A stretch of DNA of 64,000 nucleotides, from NCBI GenBank assembly GCA_014905635.1, contig JABVCE010000004.1:1426001-1490000 (forward strand). Direction: 5' to 3'. Both the position numbers and the translations under genes were made by a program. Below the pieces are notes generated by a model. It was given only the letters and a program-made list of their open reading frames with translations, ran no database searches and had not been told where the DNA came from. Positions within the stretch are counted from its first letter, which is position 1. Each line of letters begins with the position of its first letter. Below are positions 12,398 to 23,772 of this stretch, piece after piece. The stretch is from Scenedesmus sp. PABB004. Taxonomy: Eukaryota.

Positions 12398-14183
12398 TCA
12401 GTCGACCATGCCGTCGCTCGTCCCGCCGTCGGCACCCTTCTTGACCTTGACCGGCGCCGCCGCTGCCGAGGCCCACACCGAGAGGTCCAGGGCCATTTTC
12501 CACGACATGGCCTCCGACTGCCCGGCCAGCTCCGCCTGCTGGCGCTGCACCAGCGCGTGCGTCGTCTCGTCCATGAGCTGCGCCGAGCGGCGCGAGGGGG
12601 CGCGCGAGGCGGCGTGAGACGGCGGGTGAGGCGGCGTGAGGCGGCCGGTGAGGCGGCGCATGTGAGGTGGCGGGTGAGGCGGCGGGTGAGGCGGCGCGTG
12701 AGGCGTCGCGTGAGGCGGCGCATGTGAGGTGGCGGGTGAGGCGGCGGGTGAGGCGGCGCGTGAGGCGTCGCGTGAGGCGGCGCAGCATTCGGATCGGGCG
12801 CGGCGGCGCGGCGTCGCGCACCATCATGCCTGAGATGTGCCGCTCCGCCTTCTTGCACAGCTGCTCGAGCGCCTGCGGCCGCGGCGCAGCGGCGTGGGCG
12901 GCGGCGTGGGCGGCGGCCCGGCGGCGGCGGCGGCCCGGGGCTCGCTGGGCACAGGACGCTGACAGCGCGCGCACCAGGATGGAGAAGGGCTCCTCAATGC
13001 TCACACCAATCTCCTCGATGCCTTGATTATGCCGGGCGCGGGCGCGGGCAGAGGGCAGAGGCAGAGGGCGGTGAGCGGGCGGCGAGCGGCGGGCGGCGCC
13101 AGCCCCCGCCTGCGGCGCGCCGCGTCGCGCGGGCCGCACCCAGCAGCACGAAGGCAATGAGCGCGGTCATGGGCACGCTGCCCCAGCCGCACAGCCCCCA
13201 CAGCGCCAGCGGCAGCAGCAGCAGCCAGAGGATGAGGAAGCGCGCCGTGTGCCTGCGCGCGGCGCGCGGCACGCGGCGGCGGCGGCGTTCACGTCGGCGC
13301 GCACTTCGCCACCGCGCCCGCACGACCCCCCCCCCCCCCTCCCACCACCACCACCACACACACACACACGTGCGCACCGCGTATAGGAGAGCGGGATGGG
13401 CGTGTTCAGGAGCCGGTCGCACGCGCTCAGCGACTGGCTCAGGCTGCTGAGCCCCTCCTCCAGCCGCACGACCGCAAAGTCCTGCAGCCCGCTGTTGGCG
13501 ACGGCGTGGGAGAGGACCAGGATCGCAAAGTTGGGCGGGTGCGGGCTCGCGACCTGCGACATTGACAGCGTGGCGGGCGCGCGCGCGCGCGGGCGGGCAG
13601 GCGGTGGGTGTGGGCGGCGCGTGGGCGCGCGCCGGCGCCGGGCCGCGCGCGCGGCGCGCCGGCGGCGCACCAGCTGCTTCAGCTCGCGCGGCTCCAGCCA
13701 GGGCCGCAGCTCCTCCTCCAGCGGCTCGTCTTCCCGGATGTACCTGGTGTGCGGAGTGGCGAGGGGAGGAGGGGGAGAGGCAGCTGCTCAACCCCCGCCA
13801 GCTCACGTCGCCCCCTCCCCTTCGCTGCGCGCGCGGCCGCGGCGCACCACTTGCTGCAGCGCACGAACGCGACGAGCCAGCGCGCCATGAGGCCGCGGCA
13901 GGCCACGTTGTCGCGGGGGATGAGTGCCAGCATCTGACGCACAGCGCAGCACGCGCAGCACGGCGGCAGCGCAGCAGGGCAGGCAGCTCGGCGCCGGCTC
14001 GGCGCGCGGCGCGGACGCCGGCCGGGCGCGCGCCGGCGGCGCAGACGGGCGCGGGGCGCGGGGCGCGGGGCGCGGGGCGCGGCGCGCGGCGCGCCTGGCG
14101 GCAGATGTCGCGGCAGGTGGTGGTGATGCGCCCAAAGCTGCGGCGGCCCTCGTTCCAGCGCCCGTAGCTGCGCGTCGTCGTCG

Positions 14184-14214
<31 letters not shown>

Positions 14215-15059
14215 GGTGGCGACGGCACGTGAGCGCGGCGCGTGCGACGCAACGCCCTCTGCCAGGCGCCCCGTGCCCAGGCGCCGCCGGACCTGGAGTT
14301 GGTTCGAAACACGAGCAACAGCGAGAGCGCAAAGCTGGTGAGCTGGAAGGGCTCGATGGGGCTGACCGGCAGCGGCGGCAGCAGCGCCGGCAGCATCGCC
14401 GCCGCGTGCAGCGAGTGGTAGGCGCCCACGGCTGCGGCGGCGCGGAGGTGAGGGCGCGCGTGGTGGTGGTGAGGGCGCCCGCGACGCGCCCGCCGCGCAG
14501 GCGGGGCCGCGGCTCGGCGGGCGGCGCCGCCGCACCCACTGCAAACGCGGTGATGATCGCCACCGGCCGCAGCAGCCCCCGCACGATGCGCGACCTGCGC
14601 GGCGCGCACGCGGCAGCGTCGGCCGCCGCTCCCGCGGCTGCCGCCGCGCCGTCCCACGCGGCGCCGCGCCGCGACCGGTCGCCGCCGCCGGCACCGCCGC
14701 CGCCGCCGCGCGGGGGCTCACTCCAGGATGGTGAACACGTGGTGCACGTAGCGGTAGCTGCTGCGGTGGCGCTTCCAGTCGGGGAACGTGAACATGGTGC
14801 GGCGCCACACGCGGCTCTCCTCCTTGTTGGCGTCCCAGTTGATGTGGTCGTCGTCCACGTGCTGCCGCAGGTGGAGGTCCGTGTTTGTGATGCCGCGGCT
14901 GATCTCGCTCGCCGTCAGCCCGCCGCGGCCGTTGAGCGCCGCGCCGGCGCAGCGCACGCGCGCCCGCGGCGGCGTCGGAGGCAGCGCCGGCGGCGCCAGC
15001 GCTGGCCGCCGCCGCACCGCCGCTGGCGGCGGCGCCGCGCGCGCGTGCAGTGCGCTCAT
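12398..15059 (-). CDS. Chloroplast bestrophin-like anion channel (UPF0187, VCCN/BST family)
   Basis: W.RHRS..RY, FALSLLLVFRTN.SYGRW.EGR, CDRLLNTPIPLSYTRHT, GIEEIGVSIEEPF; transit-like N-terminus. Confidence 0.92.
12614..12783. repeat. Intronic 12-bp minisatellite (GTGAGGCGGCGG variants), about 14 units
   Basis: Visible tandem units in the last bestrophin intron. Confidence 0.85.
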
Positions 15060-15366
15060 GCCGGCAAATGCGCGGGCCCGGGCAGACGCAGCGCGGAGGG
15101 AGGCGGATGCTGCTGCTGCTGCTGCTGCTGCTCGCTCCTGCGGCGTCTGCGCGCGGCCGCGGGACGGTTGCGAGCGCGTGTGGATTCGGTGGGTTTCGCG
15201 CCCGGCGTGGCATTATGCGCAGGAGGTCACCGCGGATGCCGAAAAGCAGCGCCGCGCTCCGGCAGCGCCGCAAACCGCACCGCCGCCGGCACCGCCCGCT
15301 TAGCTGCCACGCCAACGCGGCGCCCCGACGTCGACCGACGTGGCGGGGCGGCGCACCAGGCGCCGC

Positions 15367-18300
15367 TCAGGCGCCGTCCTCGTCGTCGTCGCTGTCCGGC
15401 TCGGGCTCGGCGTAGATGGCCTTCGGCTGCGTCTTGGCGTACGCCTCGGTGAGCCGGCTGATGGCGTCGTCCTTGCCCTCGTGCCGCAGGATGGCCTCCC
15501 GCGGGTCCATCTCCTCGTCGCCGCCCTTGAGCTTGCCGCGCGTCTTGAGCAGGTGCTGCGTGAGCAGCGTGCCGCCGGTCGCGCCGATGCGCCCCGCGCG
15601 GCCCTTGCCCGCCGTGGCGCCGGGGTCGGGCTTGCGCGACTTGAGCTGGTCCTGCGCGCGTCGGCGCGGCGCGGGCGGCGCGCGGCGGTGGGGCGCGCGC
15701 CGCACGCGCGCGCGGCGCCTCCCCCCTGCCGCGCCTCTCCCCCGCCCCTCCCCGGCGCGTGCGCGCGCGCGCACCAGGCGCTGCTGCTCGCGCTGGCGCT
15801 TGCGGCCGCCGCCCTCGCGCGCGCCAGGGGTGTCAATGACGAGCGCGAGGCCGAGGTCAAAGGGGTTTGCCGCGCGCGGCGCGCGCCCGACCGCGAGCAG
15901 CACGCCGCGCTCGCTGTAGGTCGTGTCATACAGCACGCGCGTCGCGCCGCCGCGCCGGTCGCCTGGCGCGCGGCGGGCGGCGGCGGGCGCACAGGGCGGC
16001 CGGGGAGACGGTCAGCGCGGGGGCCGCGGGCGGGCCGCGCGGCGCGCGCTGTCGCCCCCCGTCTGGCGCTGCAGCCGCCAGCCGCCGCCCGGCAGGCCCC
16101 CCTCCCCAGCCCCCGCGCGCGCTCACCGACGCCCGCGAAGATCTGGTTGAGCCGCGAGTGCCAGCGCAGCGCGGTCACGTGCGACGGCATGCCCACGCGC
16201 CGCACCTCGGCCAGCGTCTGCGTGTCGACAAACAGCACCGCGCCGCCGCCATCGCCGCCGCCGCCGCCGCTGCCGTCGCCGCCGCGGCCGCCGGGCGCGC
16301 CCGTGCCGGTGAGCAGCAGGCGCTCGTCGGGGCTGAACACGGCGTTTGTGGTGGGGTAGTGCGTCGCGAGGCCGCCCCACACGCCGAGCGGGGCCTTGAA
16401 CGCGCGCAGGTCCCACAGCCGCAGCGTGCCGTCCATGCCGCGCGACGCGAGCAGGCGGTCGTCCTGCGCCGCGCGCGCGCGGGCGCGGCGACGCCGTCGT
16501 GCGCGGCAACGCCGTTGGGCGCAGGGCAGAGCGCGCGCGCGCTGCGAGCGGCGGCGCCGCCGCGCGGCGCGGGCGCGGCGCCCCCGGCCGCGCCGCACGC
16601 CGCGCCCCGGCCGCGCACCTGGCTGAACGCGAGGGAGGTGATCTCCTGCTGCGGCGCGTGCGCGCCGCGCAGCACCTGGTTGGGCCGCGAGGCGTAGGTC
16701 CAGCCCTGCTTCTCTATCATCTGCGCGCTCGGCGGCGCGACCACGCCCACCGCGGCCGACGTGCCAAACTTGCCGCCGACGCCCCACACCTGCGCGCCGG
16801 CGGCGGCGGCGGCGGCGTGGGCGGTCGGACGGGAGGCCCCGCGCCTCGAGCCGCGCTGCCCGCACTGCCCGCCGCGCTTCCCGCCGCGCCACGCGTCCCG
16901 CCGCGCCGCGCGCCGCGCGGTCCCCCCGCCGCCGCGCCTGCAGGCCGCCGTCGATCATGCCCGCGGCGAGCAGCTTGCCGTTGCTGTTGTACGCGCACGC
17001 CGTGACGCCGACGCGTGCGGCGCTCGGGTTTGACGGCCGCACGACGGTCTTCTGCAGCACGTTGTGGGCGTCCCAGATGCGCACGGTGCCGTCCTCGGAG
17101 CAGCTCGCCGCGGTGTAGCGGTCGGTCGGGTGCCACGTGCCGCCGGTGCACGCAGTGACGTGGCCCTTGGTGTTCCTCATGTCACGGATGTACATGTCAC
17201 CCCGCACGCACTCGCCCAGCAGCTTGCCGTCCCTGGGCGGGAGCGCGGCGGCGCGGCGGGGGCGCGGGTGGGCGGGCTGCAGGGCAGGGCGGGCTGCGGG
17301 GGCGGGGCGGGCTGCGGGGGCGGGGCGGGCTGCGGGGGCGGGGCGGGCTGCGGGGGCGGGGCGGGCGGCGGGCTGCGGCGCGGGGGGCCCGGACCGCAGC
17401 GCAGGCGGACCTGTCGTAGAAGCGCGGCTGCGCGCTGCCCGTGACGCAGAGGAAGGCGTCGCCGCTGGGGCTCCAGCTCACCGCGAGCACGGGGTGCCCG
17501 TCCGAGGGCGTGATCTCCCTGCGCGGCGCGGCGCGGCGCGGCGCCGTGAGCGCCGCCGCGCCGGCCCTGCCCCGCGCCGAGCCGCACCGCGCCTGCCTCC
17601 GGCCGCTGCACCGGCGTGCGGCCCCATCCCCGCGGCGCGGCGCGGCGCGCCGCGCGGCGCGCCTGAAGCTGCGCAGGTCTGACTTCATGCCGTTGAAGTC
17701 AAAGATGCGCAGCGTGTAGTCGAGGCTGCCGCTCAGCAGGCGGCTGCCGCTGTGCTCGACGTCCAGGCACGTCACAGCGCGGCCGTGGCCCTGCAGGCAC
17801 ACCTCGTGCCCGATCGGCAGGCCGTAGATGTCCACCTCCTGCCCCGCGCAGCCGTCGTCGTCAGAGTCGGAGTCAGAGTCCGAGTCCGAGTCGGAGCCGG
17901 CTGGCGACAGGGGCGCGCACGTGCGGAGGCGCGCTTGGTCGGGCAGGGCGCGCGGCTGCTGCAGCGTGCGTGCGGCGAGCGCGCGGCGAGACTGCGCGCC
18001 CGCTGCGGCGCCCGCCCCACCTGGCGGCCGCGGCGGGCCGACAAGGTCGCCGTCGCTGCCGCCCCGCGGCGGCCGCGGCGGGCCCTCCGCGCCGCCGCGC
18101 TCGCCGTCGCCGTCGTCGCTGCCCGGCGGCCGCGGCGGGCCGGCGGCGCCGTCCGCGTCGCCGTCGCCGCGCGGCGGCTGCTCGCTGATCAGGTCTTCCA
18201 CGGTCATCCAGCCGCCGCCCGCCGGCCGCGGCGGGCCGACGCCCGGCTGCTGCTGCTGCTGCTCCTGCTGCTGCTGCTGCTGCTCCTGCTCCTGCCCCTG

Positions 18301-19198
18301 CTGCTGCCTGGGTGGCGGCCGCGGCGGCCCAACGCTTGGCTGCTTGGGCGGCGGCCGCGGCGGCCCGACCGCGGGGTTAGCGGGGCGCCGCGTCTTCGCG
18401 TGCACCTCGGCCGGCTTGGCGACCTTGGTCTCGGCCTTGCCTGCGGTGCGGGCACGGCGGCGGGCGGATGGGCGGGCCGGTCAAAGCTGCTTCCGCAGGG
18501 GCCCACTGCGGCGCGGCGCCGCCGGCCGCGCGGCCGCCCGGCGCCGCCGCCGGGCCGGGTGGCGCGTGGCGCGTGGCCGCGTGGCGCACCGAAGCTGAGC
18601 GGCAGGTGCTCGCGCATGGGGTCGTCCAGGCCGTCCGGCTCCTCAGCGATGTACTCCACGACCTGCGCGGCGCCGGTCGCGTGAGCCAGGCCGCCGAGCG
18701 CCACTGCGGGCGCCGCTGCGGGTGCCGCCAGGCCGGTCGCGGGGCGGCTGCGCTGGGCGCTGGGCGCGGGGCGCGCAGCGGCGCACCGGGCCGTCGTCGT
18801 CGTCGTCGCTCGCAGCAGCGGCGCCAGCGCGGCCGCTGCCACGCACCGGCCTGCGCGCGTGAGCAGCGGCGTCAGCGGCGCTGCGGCGTGCGGGCGAGGC
18901 GCAGCCCCGGCACCGTCCCGGCGGCGCCCTGGGGGCCGGCGGGCGCCCTGCGGCGCGGGCGCACCCCTCGAAGAACGCGGCCTGCTCGTCGGCCGCCGCC
19001 GCGCGGCGCCGCGCCTGCTCCCGGAGCTCCGACTGCAGGCGTGGGCGCGTGAGACAGGGGCGCGCGGTCGCGGCGCCAGCTGCCGCCGTCGCAGGCCGCG
19101 TGCGTGCGGCGGCGGCGCACCAGCGTCGCAATCTCGCCCGTCCGCGCCGCCCGCGCCGCTCGCAGCGCCACCAGCTCGTCATCGTCGTCGCTGGCCAT
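15367..19198 (-). CDS. WDR70: WD40 protein WDR70/GAD-1
   Basis: SGSLDY..FDFNGM, GDMYIRDMRNTKGH, WHSRLNQIF, DPREAILRH, AYAKTQPK; N-terminal GPPRPP repeats. Confidence 0.92.
17287..17365. repeat. Intronic 18-bp G-rich tandem repeat, about 4.5 units
   Basis: GGGCGGGCTGCGGGGGCG repeated inside a WDR70 intron. Confidence 0.85.
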
Positions 19199-19452
19199 GG
19201 CGCCTGCCTCCGCGGCGCTGGCGGGAAGCCTTGCCCCGGCGCAGCAGCGCTGGCTCGGGCGCGGCCGCTGCTGCCGCCGCGGCTGCTGCTGCTTCTGCCG
19301 GCGTGGCGCGCGTCGGAGGCGGCGGCAAGGGGTTGCAAGGATGCGGGCAAGCGGGAGGGCAATGGTGCCAGGGCCGCCGTGCGGGCCCAGCGCAGGCCAG
19401 CAGCGCAAGGCCGCGGCGGTCCAGCGGGCCAAAGCCCCGCGACCGCGCACGC

Positions 19453-20146
19453 TCAGAGCCCGACCCCGAGCACGCCGACCAGCAGCAGCGCGACGACCAG
19501 CCCCACGCCCGCGCCCGCCGCGACCTCCTCGGGCTTGTGCCCAAGCGTTTCTTGCAGCGCGTGGGTGTCGGCCGCCGGGTGCTCGCTCGGCAGCTCTGCG
19601 CGGCGCGCCGGCGCGGCGGGCGGCGCGCATGAAACCGGCGGCGGCGGCGGCGGCGGTGACGTCCGCGGCGGCGCACCCGCGATGAGCACGTTGAGCACGC
19701 TCGCGTGGCGGCCCGCGTGCAAGCGGACGCCGAACGCGTCGTAAGCGACCACCAACGACAGCACCACGGCGAGCCCACACGCCGGCGACGCGGCGCCCTC
19801 GACCAGCCCGAGCGCGACCGTCGCGCCGACGACCAGCGCGGTGTGGCTGGACGGCATGCCCTGCGCCGCGGCGGCGGCAAGCCACCGCGTCGGCGGCGGC
19901 GGCGCGGCCTGCGCCGCCCGGCCCCGCCGCGCGGCGCGGCGCGCCGCGCACCCCCGGCGAGACGGCGAGCCGCCAGTCGATCGCGCCGCCGCCGCCCTCC
20001 CGGCGGTGGTGCACCACCGGCTTGGCCAGCTGCGCGACGGCGCAGCTCAGCAGGGCCGCAAGGAGCGTGGCGTTGCCAAACAACGAGCCGCCGCCCGCGC
20101 CACCGCCGGCGCCGCCGCCGCCCGGCGACGGCATCGGGCGCGGCAT
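19453..20146 (-). CDS. Divergent PAP2 / DUF212 acid phosphatase-related protein; start uncertain
   Basis: AVAQLAK, GMPSSHTALV, YDAFGVRLHAGRHASVLN, LQETLGHKPEEV. Confidence 0.88.
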
Positions 20147-20159
20147 GCCTCCGGCGGCG

Positions 20160-20295
20160 TTGCTGCCGCCGCTGCTGCTGGTGCTTCTGCTGCTGCTGCT
20201 GCTGGTGCTGCTACTGCTGCTGCTGCTGCTGTGCTGGTGCTGCTGGTGCTACTGCTGCTGGTGTTACTGCTGCTGCTGCTGTGCTGCTGCTGCTG
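20160..20295. repeat. Degenerate (CTG/CAG)n tract
   Basis: Interrupted trinucleotide run upstream of the DUF212 ATG. Confidence 0.8.
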
Positions 20296-20650
20296 GGCGG
20301 ATCAAGCGGGCTGGCCGCGGAGCGGGCAGCGGCGGTGCACGCGCAGCACCGGCGGCGGGCGGCGCGCGGCGGCAGCAAACGGCGAGCTCGATGGCGCAGC
20401 GTCCTGGCAGGCCTGGTGGTGTTGGGCTGCGGTGTGGCGAGCAGCGCGGAGAGAGACCGAGCGTGGCAGCGGTCGGGGGTCAGGTCCTGGCCTGGCCTGA
20501 AGCCTTCCAAGCAGCCGGCCGCTCGCGCCCCGGTGCCGAGGGTCCGCTCACTGACTGCCACGAGCTGCCGGCGTGCTCGTGAGTTTGATCGGCGAGGCCA
20601 GGCGCTCCGCATTGCAGCCGCGCCCGCCCGGCCCGCGGGCGCACGGCGGC

Positions 20651-23320
20651 ATGGCGGACACTGCGGGGGACACTGCTGTGCCCGTGGTCGAGCTCTCGGG
20701 CGTCGATGCGCTGGCGCCGGAGCTCCTGCAGGTGCGTGCCAGCGCCAGCCGCGCTGCGCGCCCGCCCACCCCGCGCAGCGCGCCGCTCCTGCGCGCCGGC
20801 CGCGCGGCTGTGGGCTATCCAGGTTGCTCCGGCCCGATCACGGCCGCGGCTGGGCTCGCAGCTTGCCTGGCCGGGGAGCTGGCCAGGGCAGCAGGCGGGC
20901 GCCTGGCCCGCCAGCTGCGCCCGGGCTCGGGCGCCGTCCATGCAGGGGCGCGGTGGCCGCCCGGGGCGACGGCCGACCTTCCCGCCCGCTGCCACCGCCC
21001 ACCCGCGCCGCCGCGGTGCCGCCGCCGCCCCCCTCCGCCGCAGGCGCTCGGCGGGCACCTCTCGGCGCCGGAGCTGCGCGCCGCGCGGCTGGCGTGCAAG
21101 GCCTGGGCCACCGCCCTGGGCGTGTGCATGCCGCGGGTGACCATGGCGCTGCCGCAGCAGGCGTCGGGCCGCGTGTTCCGGCAGCCCCTCGTCCTGGCGA
21201 GCAGCGGCGCGCTCAACGCCGCGCACGCGCCCAGCTACAGCGCGGTGCCGCGCGAGGCGGCAGAGGCGGCGGTCGGGGCCGCCGCCGCGGCCGCCGCCGC
21301 GGCCGCCGCGCCGCCGGCGCGCAGCGGCGTGCGGCCGTCGCCGTTTGCCACGCGCGGCGGCCAGGCGGCGCTGGGCTCAGCGGGCGGCCTGGCCCCGGCG
21401 GCGGCGCCGGCGCCGGCGGGCGGGCGCCGTCGCCGTTCGTGCAGGTGGCCGCCGCGCACGCCCACGGCGGCGGCAGCGCGCTGCCGCTGGCTGCGCAGGG
21501 CAGCGCGAGCATGCAGGGCTGGTCCAGCCTGCCGGGCGCGGGCCTGCGCACGTGCAGCTCGCTGCAGCAGCTCACGCTGCAGCTCAGCGGCGCGCCGCCC
21601 AGCCCCGAGGACCTGCGCGACCTGTCCAGCCTGCCGCACCTCTCGCACCTCGCGCTGCGGCAGCTCGACGGCCTGCCCGGCGCGGCGAGCGGCGCGCACT
21701 GCCAGCCCGTGGCGGAGGACGGCGAGGAGAGCGACGGCAGCCCCGCCGCGGGCAGCGGCGGGGGCGGCAGCTGCTGCGCCAGCCCCGGCGGCGCGGGCGA
21801 GGCGCTGCCGAGCGTGCGGGAGCTGGCAAACGCGGCGGCGGCGGCGCTGGCGGGCCTGCACCTGAGCTGCAGCCCCCCGCGCTGCGGCAGCAGAGGTGCG
21901 CCCTCGTCGTGCGCCAGCGCGGCCGGCGGCGCCGCCAGCAGCAGCGGCAGCAGCAGCAGCAGCTGCGGCGGCGGCGCCACTCCTGCTGGCGGAAGCAGCG
22001 CCGGAAGCAGCAGCGCCGACGTGTGCCGCGGCCTGGACGCGGTTATGCGTGGCCTGGGGTCGCTGGCCCTCGGAGCGCCTCCGCGGCGGCCGGCTCGGCC
22101 GGCAGCGCGCTGCACACCAGCGACGAGGGCAGGGCGCCGGACGCCGGCGACGACGCCGTGCCGCCGCGCGACCAGGGGGCCGCCGTGGGCACGCAGAGCG
22201 TGCACTGCTCCGTGCTCACGCCGCTGCACGTCGAGGCGCTGGCGCAGCTGCCGCACCTGTCCAGCTTGGAGCTGCAGCCCAAGCACGGCTTGTGGGACGG
22301 CGCCGCGTCGGCGGCGCTGCTGCGGCTGTCGATGCTGACCGGCCTCACGCGGCTGAGCATCACGTGGGGCAGCGCCGACGCGGCGGCTGCGTCGGGCCCG
22401 CTGTCCGACGCGGAGGCCGTGGAGGAGGCGCACGGCGCGGCGCTGCCGCTGCAGCGGTGCCTCGCGAGCCTCACGCAGCTGCAGGAGCTCGAGCTGCGCG
22501 GCGCGGCGGTGCTGGACGTGGCGGTGCTGCACCGCCTGCAGCGCCTGCGCCGACTGCGCGGCGAGGCGCTCAAGACGGTCAACGCCGACGTGCTGCCCAA
22601 GATGCAGCACCTGGACGCCGCCGCCGCCGCCACCGCCGCCGGCGGCGGCGCCACCGCCGCCGGCGCCGCCGCCGCGGGCGGCGCGCCCGACGCGGCACGG
22701 GGCGCGGGGCCGGACCAGGGCGCGCCGGGCCAGGGCGCGCCGGACGAGCCGCCCGCGCCCCGCGGCGCAGCCCCCGGGTCGGCACGCTGCCGGAGCTCGT
22801 TGCGCTCGAGGCGGCGCACCCGGGCGCGGACGTGGGCGCGCTGCTGCAGGGCACGCGCACGCCCAAGCTCGCGCGGCTGGGCTTTGTGTGCCGCGGGCCC
22901 TCCGACTTTGCGCGCCTGCTGGGCAGCCACGGCCGGCTGCAGGCGCTGCACCTGGTCTTCCCCAAGGACGAGGCCTGGCACTCCATCGCGGTCGTGCGGC
23001 TGCCGACGGCGCTGCCGAGCCTGCGCAGCCTGAAGCTGGAGGGCCGCTTCTGGCTGCCCAACTCCCTCGTCGTCGGCCTGGGCGTGATGGAGGTGCCGCT
23101 GGAGGAGCTGTCGCTCACCTGCAAGCTCGCGGTGCCCTGCCTCGACCGCCTGCAGCACCTGCGCGCGCTGCGCCGCCTCGCGCTGCACCACGTGCCCTGG
23201 AGCGGCCACCCCGGCGAGGGGCTGGTCACGGACGGCATCATGCTGCAGCTGCCCGCCAAGCTCGTGCCGCCGGGGCTGCGCGAGCTCGAGATCACCAACG
23301 GCTGGATCCTGCAGGCCTGA
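20651..23320 (+). CDS. F-box-like plus RNI-like leucine-rich repeat protein with apparent frameshifts
   Basis: LAPELLQ|ALGGHLSAPELRAARLACKAW (F-box-like); repeated LxxLxxLxL units spread over several frames. Confidence 0.6.
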
Positions 23321-23644
23321 GGCCCTGAGCGCGCGGCGCTAAGCCTCACGCGCGTGTGCCATTGTTGACAGCGTCGTCGCTGACCTGGACCTAGCACCCA
23401 CCACCTAGACGCAGCAGCCTCCTTTTGACCCAGGCCTGTGGACGTGTGGCACGCAGAACCGTGGGAGCAGCGGCGGCCCCTGCCGCTGCAGCACAACGCG
23501 ACACCGAGCGAGGGGGCGACGGCGGCCAGAGCGCACGCCATCTCTGCGGCGCGGTCGGGCTGCGGCAGGGTTGTTTTGCGAGCGGCGCCTGGCTGAGTTG
23601 GTTTAAACTTGTGACGACTTGTGACGACTTGTAGCGCTCAGGCT

Positions 23645-23649
23645 TGTAA
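23645..23649 (+). promoter_or_regulatory. TGTAA polyadenylation signal for the F-box/LRR gene
   Basis: TGTAA in the lower-GC region 3' of the stop. Confidence 0.5.
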
Positions 23650-23772
23650 CCTCTCGTTGCTCCCTGCGCCGCTCGCTCGCTCGTGCCTCGGCGCTGATAC
23701 GTCGCTGATATGTCGCACCTCCACAGCCCCCCCCTTCTCGCCCCCCCCCCTCCCCCAACACACACACGGCGC

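Noticed and set aside
12614..12783. CRISPR-like array (also considered at 44146-44229)
   Set aside because: Head-to-tail units without unique spacers, in a eukaryotic context with no cas genes
18020..18375. GPPRPP repeats in WDR70
   Set aside because: Low-complexity Pro-rich motif that I recall from other WDR70 N-termini
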